A stretch of DNA of 14,841 nucleotides from an uncultured bacterium (GTDB taxonomy: Bacteria; JAJVIF01; JAPKYR01), in the NCBI GenBank assembly GCA_965369865.1, contig CBDURU010000087.1, positions 1 to 14,841 of the forward strand, in the 5' to 3' direction. The notes under the pieces are model-generated. The model saw nothing but the letters and a program-made list of their open reading frames with translations, was not told the DNA's origin and searched no databases. Position numbers and translations under genes: made by a program. This document shows, one piece after another, positions 1 to 8,030 of the stretch (its first letter is position 1; each line of letters starts with the position of its first letter).

Positions 1-52
1 GTTCTACGGTTTGTCGTTTTTTCGAGGGCTTTAAATGATTAATTTTTCCTAT

Positions 53-79
53 AAAAAAGTCCCCGGCATTGCCGGGGAC
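53..79 (-). terminator. Rho-independent terminator downstream of the large lipoprotein gene (possibly bidirectional)
   Basis: Perfect 9-bp stem GTCCCCGGC (59-67) / GCCGGGGAC (71-79) with a 3-nt loop. A6 at 53-58 gives a U-tract on the minus strand. It lies 30 nt past the stop codon at 110. A T9 run at 85-93 may serve the plus strand. Confidence 0.88.
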
Positions 80-109
80 ATTCATTTTTTTTTATTTATC
101 TAATCTTGC

Positions 110-2827
110 TTATGGAGTTTCGTCCGCCTCATAAATGCTGAGATAGGAGTTTGACCCGTCCACTGAGATCAACGCGAGTATTTCCAGATTAGTACTTCCA
201 TCGATCCTCAACGGCGTGCCGGTGATCCCGACAATTTCGAGGCTTGGAGTAATAGCGCCCCCATCCATGTTACTGAATGCTTTGATCCTGTAACCGAGAA
301 GATCACAGTTATCGAGGAGGTACATGTGATTTAACTCGCCTGCGGTCAGGTCGAGTGGATCGTTAATCTGCAAATCGTTAGTGCCCTGTGCGCCGTTTCC
401 GAAGAATTTGCTCTGGTATATAAAGTTATTTACATCGAAGCAGGCAGCATACCAGTCCCACTTTTCAACAAACCAGATTGTTCCGAATGCCGGGTCACAT
501 TCTGCTCCTTTAATTAAATTGTACTTGACTACATCGGGACCGTATCCTCCTGTTGAAGTATCAATACTATGAACTATAAGAGAATGTAAGTTGAAAAGAA
601 TATCGGGGATTCGATCCAGATATGTCTCCCACCACTGCGGGAGTGGTATGTCAGTAGTATTACCCCACACTGTAACGTGGTCGTTCAGGTAAATTCCACT
701 GTTGACGGTCACAACATCCTGTAAATACTTGAAAAAAGTACTGGAATTTGATTGGGTTGTTTCATTAATAAATGTTCCACTACCGGTATAATGCCTTGAA
801 TAGATCGTATCATGATCGAGTAGATCCCACGCGACGAACCAGAAGCCGTTTAACGCCATATCAATGAACTTGGCATTGGGATCGGTGGTATTTACACTCC
901 AATCCCATGTGTCATAGAATGGTCCGAGCCACTTGGTCACAACCCCATCGTCATACAGGATCAATACATCCCCGGTAGTGTGGTCTACACACACGTCGAT
1001 TGCGAGTCCGAGATCCGTTACATCAAGATTTTTCAATGGAGCGACGACAGCAAAGTCAGCATCCGACAGGTCTGTAACTGCTGGGAAATCGTCCGATGTA
1101 ACCCTGATACGGCCTTGTGCCGTGTTGTCGGCAACAGACGGGTACCAGGTCTCTACACCATCATTATCGGTACCGGCAGCTATCGTGACGGGCCAGGTGG
1201 ACCCGGCGTCTCTCGATAGTTCAATTGTCACTAATCCCTCGACATTATCCGATGACCAGAGGATATCGTAAGGCTCCTCCGACATCAGGGTTTCACCACC
1301 GTTCGGATCATCTACTGTCATTGTCCGCGGTGCGATTCTGAAGTCGTTGTTGGAAACATCAACCGCCTGAGCCGGGAAGTCGATCGAGTAGATCCAGATT
1401 CGAGCCTGTTCGGTAATATGAGCGACCGTAGGCGTCCATGTCTCAATTCCGTCGTCCGCGGTATTGGCGAAAAGCATTTCCCATGAGCCCCACGGCAAGG
1501 CCATACCAAGGTTCGAGAAGAGGATGTTTATGTTCCCGGTGATGTTTTTAGACGTCCAGATAATGTCATATGGCTCATCGGGGGTCAGGGTTTCGAACCC
1601 GTTCGGTTGTAACAGCTTGAGCTGATAGTACGGGGCTACGGTATCGACGGGCAGGTCGTATCTGAAAAATGCAGCAAGCCCGCCCTCGGCATGAGGTATA
1701 GCCGGAAAATCATTGTCGTAATCGTAGCCGTCGTATTCTGCGATGATCCACACTTCATGGCCTTGAGTGCCAACAAACGGGTCCGATCCGATTTCGAAGT
1801 GGTACGTAGAGACATTAGGACCTCCATCTACACCGTATACCTCGGCACTGAACGTAGGCACCGAGTCTGTCACTGAGGACTCGATCTTAATTGTCGATGG
1901 TTGTTCTTCCCAGGCAAACAGATCGACATCGATAATGATGTCGCCGCCGGATTCAGAACCATCGAAATACAGGTCCGGGAATATATTCACGGTGCAGGCG
2001 ATAGCTTCTGTTATGTGATAAGGCTCCGTAGGACCGCTTATACCGTGATCTTCCCATGTGCATACGATTGCATATCCGAAAAGCACTCCGGGTTCAGGCA
2101 GTAGAGGGAAATCGATTTTCATGGTTCGGGAAAGACCCGTGGCAAAAAATCCATCATAGTTGTTCCCTGATGTAAGAAATTCAAATGAGTCGCCGGGGGC
2201 GCCCAATCCAGTCGAATAGTATTTATATGGGTTGAGGTTGGCAGTTCCCTTGTTATTCTGCCAACCACCGGGTGCCCATCCAAAGATAAGCTCGGTCGTG
2301 AATTCCCAAGGATTAAACCATCGCGTATAACCATCGGGGTTTTTCATAAATGTGTCCACGTAAGGGGCTGAATACCTGAGGTCGCCAAACTGCAGTGATT
2401 TGCTTCCATTGGTGATTATGACACCCATAAGGTCGTAAACCTTGTACTGTGGCATGCCTGCAAGGGGGTGGAAAATTTTAAAATCCACGTCGACCCCGAA
2501 TATTGCCGGGTCTCCATCGTACACAACAATGTTTTCAAACATAATGCCGTTCACTGGGGCTATCATCAAATTCAGGAAAGGTACGATATTCAACGTGAAC
2601 GCGGCTGTACGGTTTTCCACAGCCGTAAATTCCTCCGTCTCATAATCGAAGTAAATATCGTAATAACCCATCAGTGAAGTATTCGTTGACTGTCCCAGGT
2701 TTGGTGATCCGGTTTCAACTAACTGATTGGTGGTCGGTGCTATGGGACTTCCACCGCCGCCTGAACATCCAGTCGAAATCATGGCAAAAAACATCAATGC
2801 CACCACTACAAATGACCATCGATTCAT
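110..2827 (-). CDS. Large multidomain surface lipoprotein (905 aa): uncharacterised N-terminal region, two tandem PNG(G/F)E Ig-like repeats, probable C-terminal beta-propeller
   Basis: Long ORF. Start moved to ATG 2827 because GGAGG lies 5 nt upstream. Signal peptide MNRWSFVVVALMFFAMISTG-C21 (lipobox). Internal repeats QPNGFETLTPDEPYDIIWTS and DPNGGETLMSEEPYDILWSS. NHL-like motifs near the C-terminus (INDPLDLTAG..HMYLLD...RIKAF). Confidence 0.85.
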   Translation of the reverse strand: MNRWSFVVVALMFFAMISTGCSGGGGSPIAPTTNQLVETGSPNLGQSTNTSLMGYYDIYFDYETEEFTAVENRTAAFTLNIVPFLNLMIAPVNGIMFENIVVYDGDPAIFGVDVDFKIFHPLAGMPQYKVYDLMGVIITNGSKSLQFGDLRYSAPYVDTFMKNPDGYTRWFNPWEFTTELIFGWAPGGWQNNKGTANLNPYKYYSTGLGAPGDSFEFLTSGNNYDGFFATGLSRTMKIDFPLLPEPGVLFGYAIVCTWEDHGISGPTEPYHITEAIACTVNIFPDLYFDGSESGGDIIIDVDLFAWEEQPSTIKIESSVTDSVPTFSAEVYGVDGGPNVSTYHFEIGSDPFVGTQGHEVWIIAEYDGYDYDNDFPAIPHAEGGLAAFFRYDLPVDTVAPYYQLKLLQPNGFETLTPDEPYDIIWTSKNITGNINILFSNLGMALPWGSWEMLFANTADDGIETWTPTVAHITEQARIWIYSIDFPAQAVDVSNNDFRIAPRTMTVDDPNGGETLMSEEPYDILWSSDNVEGLVTIELSRDAGSTWPVTIAAGTDNDGVETWYPSVADNTAQGRIRVTSDDFPAVTDLSDADFAVVAPLKNLDVTDLGLAIDVCVDHTTGDVLILYDDGVVTKWLGPFYDTWDWSVNTTDPNAKFIDMALNGFWFVAWDLLDHDTIYSRHYTGSGTFINETTQSNSSTFFKYLQDVVTVNSGIYLNDHVTVWGNTTDIPLPQWWETYLDRIPDILFNLHSLIVHSIDTSTGGYGPDVVKYNLIKGAECDPAFGTIWFVEKWDWYAACFDVNNFIYQSKFFGNGAQGTNDLQINDPLDLTAGELNHMYLLDNCDLLGYRIKAFSNMDGGAITPSLEIVGITGTPLRIDGSTNLEILALISVDGSNSYLSIYEADETP
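1040..1621 (-). repeat. Two tandem ~95-100 aa intragenic PNGGE-type beta-sandwich repeats
   Basis: Aligned motifs PNG.ETL...EPYDI.W.S.N..G...I..S, (A/G).T..DG.ETW.P, Q.RI...S.DFPA...D.S..DF occur in both copies (~1621-1333 and ~1321-1040). Confidence 0.85.
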
Positions 2828-3002
2828 ATCGACCTCCGATATATCCACTTGCCGCCAACAAGCGGGTCCGATTTTGTCCGATATCTCCGAAGCTATATTA
2901 ATAGCACCTTATGACGTTTTGCGCAACTTATTCTGTGAATTTTCTTACATTTAACCGTATTAAAATAATTATTTCCGGCTTAACTAATTTTAATCCTGCA
3001 CT

Positions 3003-5042
3003 TTATTTATCCAGAGCCAGCGCCAGGTAGTCTAATGCTTCCGGATTTCCAGGCTCGACAATTACCATCGTTAAAAAATACTGTTCCGCCTCGTCATTAT
3101 CCCCTTTTAACAGAGCATTACTCCCGTAAAACAACAGCATCTCGCCAATGCGCCATTGGATGTCCGCTTCGGGCGCCCATAACCACCTGTATTGTGGTTC
3201 GGATGAACTATCCAGGCCGGACCCCCAGAACTCCCACCGGTAACCCACGGGAAGCCCGGGTATATATATTGATACTCCGGTCTCGGAATACAACCCGCCT
3301 TCCGTGGTTGAATAATCGGAAGTTAAGTGTGGCGGTACGAATGTGAAATTTATCCCCCGTCGTGCGAGTGTATAATGCATCAGGGCAGGCTCTTCCAGGA
3401 ACCCGGAGTTGAAAAATGTTGTGTTGATCTCCCGGTCCGGGTCCTCTTCGGAAATCCTCACAATGGCTCTTGTCATGGCTCCGGAGATGTCAGCGAGTTC
3501 CGACAGGTTCCCGATTTCTCCGGCCCAGCCAGCCAGATTCACGTCGGGACGATAACCTGCCTGACCGGTAATCGGATCGGGATGCACATAGCACAGGTAG
3601 TTGAACGCGAATATTTCATCTCCCGCCACTACAAGCGTCGAATTCTCGGAACATGAATCCAGAGCGTTCAACCCGTACTCATGGGCGAGGGTGTTGCGGG
3701 ATTTATCCCCAACATGATAATTGGACTCAAAATTTATCGCTATAAGGACAAGCCCTACAATTACGGTGGCGATTCCGATCTTTCGGGATGCCCGCTCGTG
3801 TTGTCCTGCCCAGTCGAGAAAATTACTGATTCCAAGTCCGATAAAAATTGAGTAAATGACCTCGAGCGGAAGCATCAGGCCCGGCCCCGCTGCCTGGAGA
3901 TTGTAAAACGGCGCGCGAAGGATATCGCCGGAAGGATATAAATGGACCACCAGGAAATACAGTATCCATGCGGCAAAAATCAGTATCCGGTTATTTCTAT
4001 CCTCAGGATCAACAGGCACAATTTCATTTTTCCGCCTCTGACGAAATTTGTAAAAAAATCCCATTACCCCGGTAATTGCCAGGATAAGCCCGAAATCCCT
4101 TCCGACAAGATCAACATAAAACCGGAAGACATCCGATATTGTCGTTTTGTCACCCGCAAGCGCTTCCTCAGTATGTGTGTATTCCCTCTGCCGCGAATAT
4201 ACCCCACGGCCTATGTAATCTATAAAATATTGAACCGGGGGGGTGGTTGTGTACCGATTTTCCCGAAGCTCATCCGGATCTTCCACGGCAAGCCGTTCAT
4301 ATTCCGCTTCTGAAATAAAATTCAATCGACCGTCCGGGGTCCCGTATTTTGCAAGGGGAAGGTAAATGAATGGCGCCAGCCCCAGAATGAAGAGCAGCAT
4401 AAATGCCGTCCACTGGATTGGTTTGAAATTCAATGCTTTACTGAGGATCAGGTAAATAATAATTGCCGGGAAGAATAATACGATCGACTGGTGATGTGAA
4501 ACCGCCAGTCCCGACAGAAAAATCAGCCAGTACGGATCGGCGGGCCTCCTGTCCTGTACCAGCCGCACAGACAGGTAGATCAGGAGCAGAATAAACAGGC
4601 TTGATAAAGAATCATTTTCGCAAATCTCCGCATGCCACCAGAATACGCGGCTGAACGCGAGTGCTCCGGCCGCCAGCATCGCGGCGACAGGTTTCCCTGT
4701 AATACGATTCACTAACGAGAACAGGACTATCAATGCGGCAACGGCAAAAATCATGGAGAGAAGGTTCGCGCGCCATGCCGGGGCTGAATACTCCTGCATC
4801 TGGATAAAAATTGGCTGGATCGGCAATCGCTCGAAAATTCCCACCAGAATTGTAAAGAGCGGGTAACCCGGCTGGTGAGCTGTTCCCCACTGCCACCCCG
4901 CGGTCAGGAAATCCCCTGTGTCACCGAGTACAATAGATGGGGCAAGCCCTTTAAGGTAGACGAAAATTGGGATTGCAGTTAGCGCGTACCACCAGGAACC
5001 CCTGGCTGATTTACTGCGATTATTTTTCTCCGGGTAGTTCAT
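3003..5042 (-). CDS. DUF2723 / TMEM260-like (GT-C fold) integral membrane glycosyltransferase, 679 aa
   Basis: The N-terminal loop LAPSIVLGDTGDFLTAGWQWGTAHQPGYPLF matches the DUF2723 pattern (P...D.GE...HPPGYPL). Also WRANLLS, AFSRVFWWHAEICE and GLAVSHH motifs, multiple hydrophobic helices, a soluble C-terminal region (LVVAGDE) and a TPR-like end (AEQYFLTMVIVEPGNPEALDYL). Confidence 0.88.
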   Translation of the reverse strand: MNYPEKNNRSKSARGSWWYALTAIPIFVYLKGLAPSIVLGDTGDFLTAGWQWGTAHQPGYPLFTILVGIFERLPIQPIFIQMQEYSAPAWRANLLSMIFAVAALIVLFSLVNRITGKPVAAMLAAGALAFSRVFWWHAEICENDSLSSLFILLLIYLSVRLVQDRRPADPYWLIFLSGLAVSHHQSIVLFFPAIIIYLILSKALNFKPIQWTAFMLLFILGLAPFIYLPLAKYGTPDGRLNFISEAEYERLAVEDPDELRENRYTTTPPVQYFIDYIGRGVYSRQREYTHTEEALAGDKTTISDVFRFYVDLVGRDFGLILAITGVMGFFYKFRQRRKNEIVPVDPEDRNNRILIFAAWILYFLVVHLYPSGDILRAPFYNLQAAGPGLMLPLEVIYSIFIGLGISNFLDWAGQHERASRKIGIATVIVGLVLIAINFESNYHVGDKSRNTLAHEYGLNALDSCSENSTLVVAGDEIFAFNYLCYVHPDPITGQAGYRPDVNLAGWAGEIGNLSELADISGAMTRAIVRISEEDPDREINTTFFNSGFLEEPALMHYTLARRGINFTFVPPHLTSDYSTTEGGLYSETGVSIYIPGLPVGYRWEFWGSGLDSSSEPQYRWLWAPEADIQWRIGEMLLFYGSNALLKGDNDEAEQYFLTMVIVEPGNPEALDYLALALDK

Positions 5043-5052
5043 CGGCTTTGAT

Positions 5053-5061
5053 ATTTTAACA
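5053..5061 (-). promoter_or_regulatory. Putative extended -10 promoter (TGtTAAAAT) for the DUF2723 gene
   Basis: The minus strand reads TGTTAAAAT, then 10 nt, then ATG. No Shine-Dalgarno sequence is present. Confidence 0.4.
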
Positions 5062-5130
5062 GCGGACCGGGCTTTGATCCAGGGATACGTAATTCATCGG
5101 GTTTAAAGCTGCTGCTTTTGAGTCACGCTA

Positions 5131-5159
5131 TTGGTGTATTCGGTCCAAGAGACTATAAT
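5131..5159 (+). promoter_or_regulatory. Putative sigma70 promoter for the hydrolase lipoprotein genes
   Basis: TTGGTG (5131-5136), 17-nt spacer, perfect TATAAT (5154-5159), 12 nt before ATG 5172. Confidence 0.5.
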
Positions 5160-5171
5160 TATACATATACG

Positions 5172-7037
5172 ATGGCACATCGAACAATTGAAAAGGTAAT
5201 ATGCCTGATCCTGATCTGCCTGCTCGCTGCTTTATCGGCATCTTCCTGCAGCGGCGGATCGGACCCGTCGCAGCCTGATCCGGAGGACCAACCCACCGAC
5301 ACCATTGAGCCCTGGACTTCCGATCATCAGCCCGACCGACTTCAAATCAAGGAAGAACACTGGATTGAAATGCCCGATGGTGTCGGGATAAATTCATTCG
5401 TGCTTCGTCCCAAAGATGCCTCAACTGCAAACAGGTACCCCGGCCTGATTCTGATAACAGGCGGTCTCAGCAGTAAATATGAATGGCTCAATGAAAATTT
5501 CCAGTCTAATGCCTGGAATTTTGTGGACGCCGGGCTGATCGTTCTTATCTACAGCGCCAGGGGACGGCATATTTCCGGGGGGGAAGAAAATTTCAACGGT
5601 TATATCCAGCAGGACGATTTGAAATCAATTATTGAATGGTTCGCGCATAGAGATGACCTCCGGATCGGCGGCATTGGAATTGCCTCTGCGAGCTGGGGCA
5701 CTACGCTCGCGACGATAACACTTTCCCGGTATCCCGATCTCCCGGTACTATTCCATGTGGATAGCGAAGGGGCTGTGGATCGATTCGATTTTACAAACTG
5801 GGACGATCCTGAACGGGTGGCAGACCTTCAGGGCCATGGCACCTGGGATGATGAATTCTGGTCGGAACGGGAAGCGAAATACCATATTGGGAACGTGACG
5901 TGCCCGTATTTTCGCAATCAGACCGACAGGGACCATGTCATTCGGGAGTTTTATCCCGATGCGGCTATTTACATGGTCAATACGGCGATGGCGGGTACAA
6001 GCCCTTATGTGAGATTAAATGACTATGAGCCTAACCGCTACTATGAATTAAATGAGGCGGATGAGATCGACTGGCCGTCGCATGAAACACACGATACTTT
6101 ATTTTTTAACACTATTATCAGTGCAATGGAAATTACCACCGCTTCAGGATTTCCGGATGAAGAAAAACCCGAACCTGAGCCCGAACCCGAGCACTGGATT
6201 CCCGATTACCTGCCTGACCGTGAACAGGTCAAGAATAAGTACTGGTTGACAGCACAGGATGGGATCGAACTGCACCTGCTTCTTTACCGTCCGGTCGATT
6301 CGTCGCCATCGAATCAATACCCCGGAATTATCCTCGTCCCCGGGGGAAACAAAGATGGTTTCACCTGGCAAAATACGAATTTTAAAGCGAATGCCTGGGA
6401 ATTTGTACGCGCCGGTTTGATTGTCCTTACGTTTGACCCTCGCGGCCGGGGATTTTCAGGCGGCGAGGATGATTACTACGGAATAGACGGTCAGGATTCA
6501 TTCAAGCTGATTGTCGAATGGTTCAATGAGCGGGAAGACATTATTCCCGGTGGGGTCGGCGTCTCATCATCGAGTCTTGGAATTATTCTCGCGGCTAACA
6601 CCCTTGGACGGTACACGGATTTGCCCGTCAGGTTCCTGGTCGATATGGAAGGCGGTTCGGATCGATATTACTCGACAAATAATGACGATCCCGACTACAT
6701 GGTCTACACGGCAGGACACACAACATCGGATGATGCCTGGTGGGAGTCAAGGGAAGCGATCACGTATATCGGATCAATTCCTTATCCCTACTTCCGTTTA
6801 CAGACAGACTTTGATCATTACCTTCACAGGTTTAATCCACACGATGCGATCAGGATGGTCAATGCGGCGATGAATGGGGCCAGCCCATATGTCCAGCTCA
6901 ATGATATGGCGCCGAATGTGGTTTATGACCCTGATAAAACCGACGAGTACAACTGGTTGCCCTCGGATTACAGATTCGAGCAGTTTTACACCATGACTTT
7001 ACATGCTGTTTCAGTTACGACGATCCTTGAAGAATAG
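5172..7037 (+). CDS. Lipoprotein with two tandem CocE/NonD (peptidase S15)-like alpha/beta-hydrolase domains, 621 aa
   Basis: Signal peptide ends ...LSASS-C26. The two ~280-aa homologous domains are joined by EKPEPEPEPE. S15-like motifs include MPDGVGI/AQDGIEL, YPG.IL..GG, RGR..SGG, D....IEW, and elbows GIASASWG / GVSSSSLG. Start ATG 5172 is preferred to TTG 5118 because of signal-peptide length and promoter position. Confidence 0.82.
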   Translation: MAHRTIEKVICLILICLLAALSASSCSGGSDPSQPDPEDQPTDTIEPWTSDHQPDRLQIKEEHWIEMPDGVGINSFVLRPKDASTANRYPGLILITGGLSSKYEWLNENFQSNAWNFVDAGLIVLIYSARGRHISGGEENFNGYIQQDDLKSIIEWFAHRDDLRIGGIGIASASWGTTLATITLSRYPDLPVLFHVDSEGAVDRFDFTNWDDPERVADLQGHGTWDDEFWSEREAKYHIGNVTCPYFRNQTDRDHVIREFYPDAAIYMVNTAMAGTSPYVRLNDYEPNRYYELNEADEIDWPSHETHDTLFFNTIISAMEITTASGFPDEEKPEPEPEPEHWIPDYLPDREQVKNKYWLTAQDGIELHLLLYRPVDSSPSNQYPGIILVPGGNKDGFTWQNTNFKANAWEFVRAGLIVLTFDPRGRGFSGGEDDYYGIDGQDSFKLIVEWFNEREDIIPGGVGVSSSSLGIILAANTLGRYTDLPVRFLVDMEGGSDRYYSTNNDDPDYMVYTAGHTTSDDAWWESREAITYIGSIPYPYFRLQTDFDHYLHRFNPHDAIRMVNAAMNGASPYVQLNDMAPNVVYDPDKTDEYNWLPSDYRFEQFYTMTLHAVSVTTILEE

Positions 7038-7078
7038 ATCGGCCTGGGTAAATTTACCTGTATTTACCGGTAGAATAA

Positions 7079-8008
7079 ATGCGAGCAATCCTGATCATAT
7101 GCACAATTTTTTTTATCAGCCTTACGGGATGTGGCGGGGGAAGTTCACCCCCTGTAATCCCCGATCCACCTGACCCCTGGACCCCCGATTACCAGCCCGA
7201 TCGTAAAATGGCCGAACATAACTTGTTTGTCACAATGCGCGATGGTGTGGCCATTCACGTTATGATTACACGCCCGGCTGACGCGTCGCCCGCAAACATG
7301 TATCCCGCTTTATTGCTGGTGCCGGGTGGGAATAAAGATGGTTATTCATACCGAAACGTGAATTTTCAAACAAACATGTGGGAACTCATGAGGAATGGGA
7401 TCGTAGTAATGACATTTGACCCGCGCGGCCGGGCCTTGTCGGAAGGTGAGGAAAACTACTTCGGTAATATCCACCAGGGGGATCTCCGGGAGCTGATCGA
7501 ATGGTTTGCATCAAGGAAAGACATTCTCCCTGGCGGTGTTTGTGTTGTGTCAACCAGCATGGCGATCGCCGTCGCTTCCGGGACCCTGTCAAAGAATCCT
7601 GAATTACCCGTGCGGTTCCTCCTGGATATTGAAGGGAGCCATGACCGGTTTACCATGACGAGATGGGACGATCCGAGGATGCTTGAGGTCCTTGGCGGTA
7701 ACGGAACCTGGGATGATGAGTTCTGGGCCGAACGGGAAGCGATATGGTTTATCGGCGACGTTGTATTCCCGTACTTCAGAATGCAGACATGGAAAGATCA
7801 TATCCACGGCGTATATTTCGATCATGCAATCGAAATGATAAACGCCGCGGTTGATGGCGCCAGCCCGTATGTTCAATTGAACGAAATGCCGCCGAATACA
7901 ATTTTCGATATTTCCAGCGCTTTAACTTATGACTGGTATCCGGTCGACAGTATCGATGTAAGTGCGTACTGGTCGATTTTAAGAGTGCTGGAATTGACTG
8001 TGGAGTAG
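7079..8008 (+). CDS. Single-domain CocE/NonD-like alpha/beta-hydrolase lipoprotein, paralog of both upstream domains, 309 aa
   Basis: Lipobox LTG-C18. Motifs VTMRDGVAI, LVPGGNKDG, TFDPRGRALSEG, elbow CVVSTSMA, PYFRMQTWKDH and GASPYVQLN are shared with the upstream gene. Confidence 0.85.
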   Translation: MRAILIICTIFFISLTGCGGGSSPPVIPDPPDPWTPDYQPDRKMAEHNLFVTMRDGVAIHVMITRPADASPANMYPALLLVPGGNKDGYSYRNVNFQTNMWELMRNGIVVMTFDPRGRALSEGEENYFGNIHQGDLRELIEWFASRKDILPGGVCVVSTSMAIAVASGTLSKNPELPVRFLLDIEGSHDRFTMTRWDDPRMLEVLGGNGTWDDEFWAEREAIWFIGDVVFPYFRMQTWKDHIHGVYFDHAIEMINAAVDGASPYVQLNEMPPNTIFDISSALTYDWYPVDSIDVSAYWSILRVLELTVE

Positions 8009-8010
8009 CG

Positions 8011-8030
8011 CCGGGAATTACCGGGAATTA
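8011..8030. repeat. Perfect 10-bp tandem duplication CCGGGAATTA x2
   Basis: Directly visible at 8011-8020 and 8021-8030. The second copy includes the pyrE stop codon. Confidence 0.8.
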
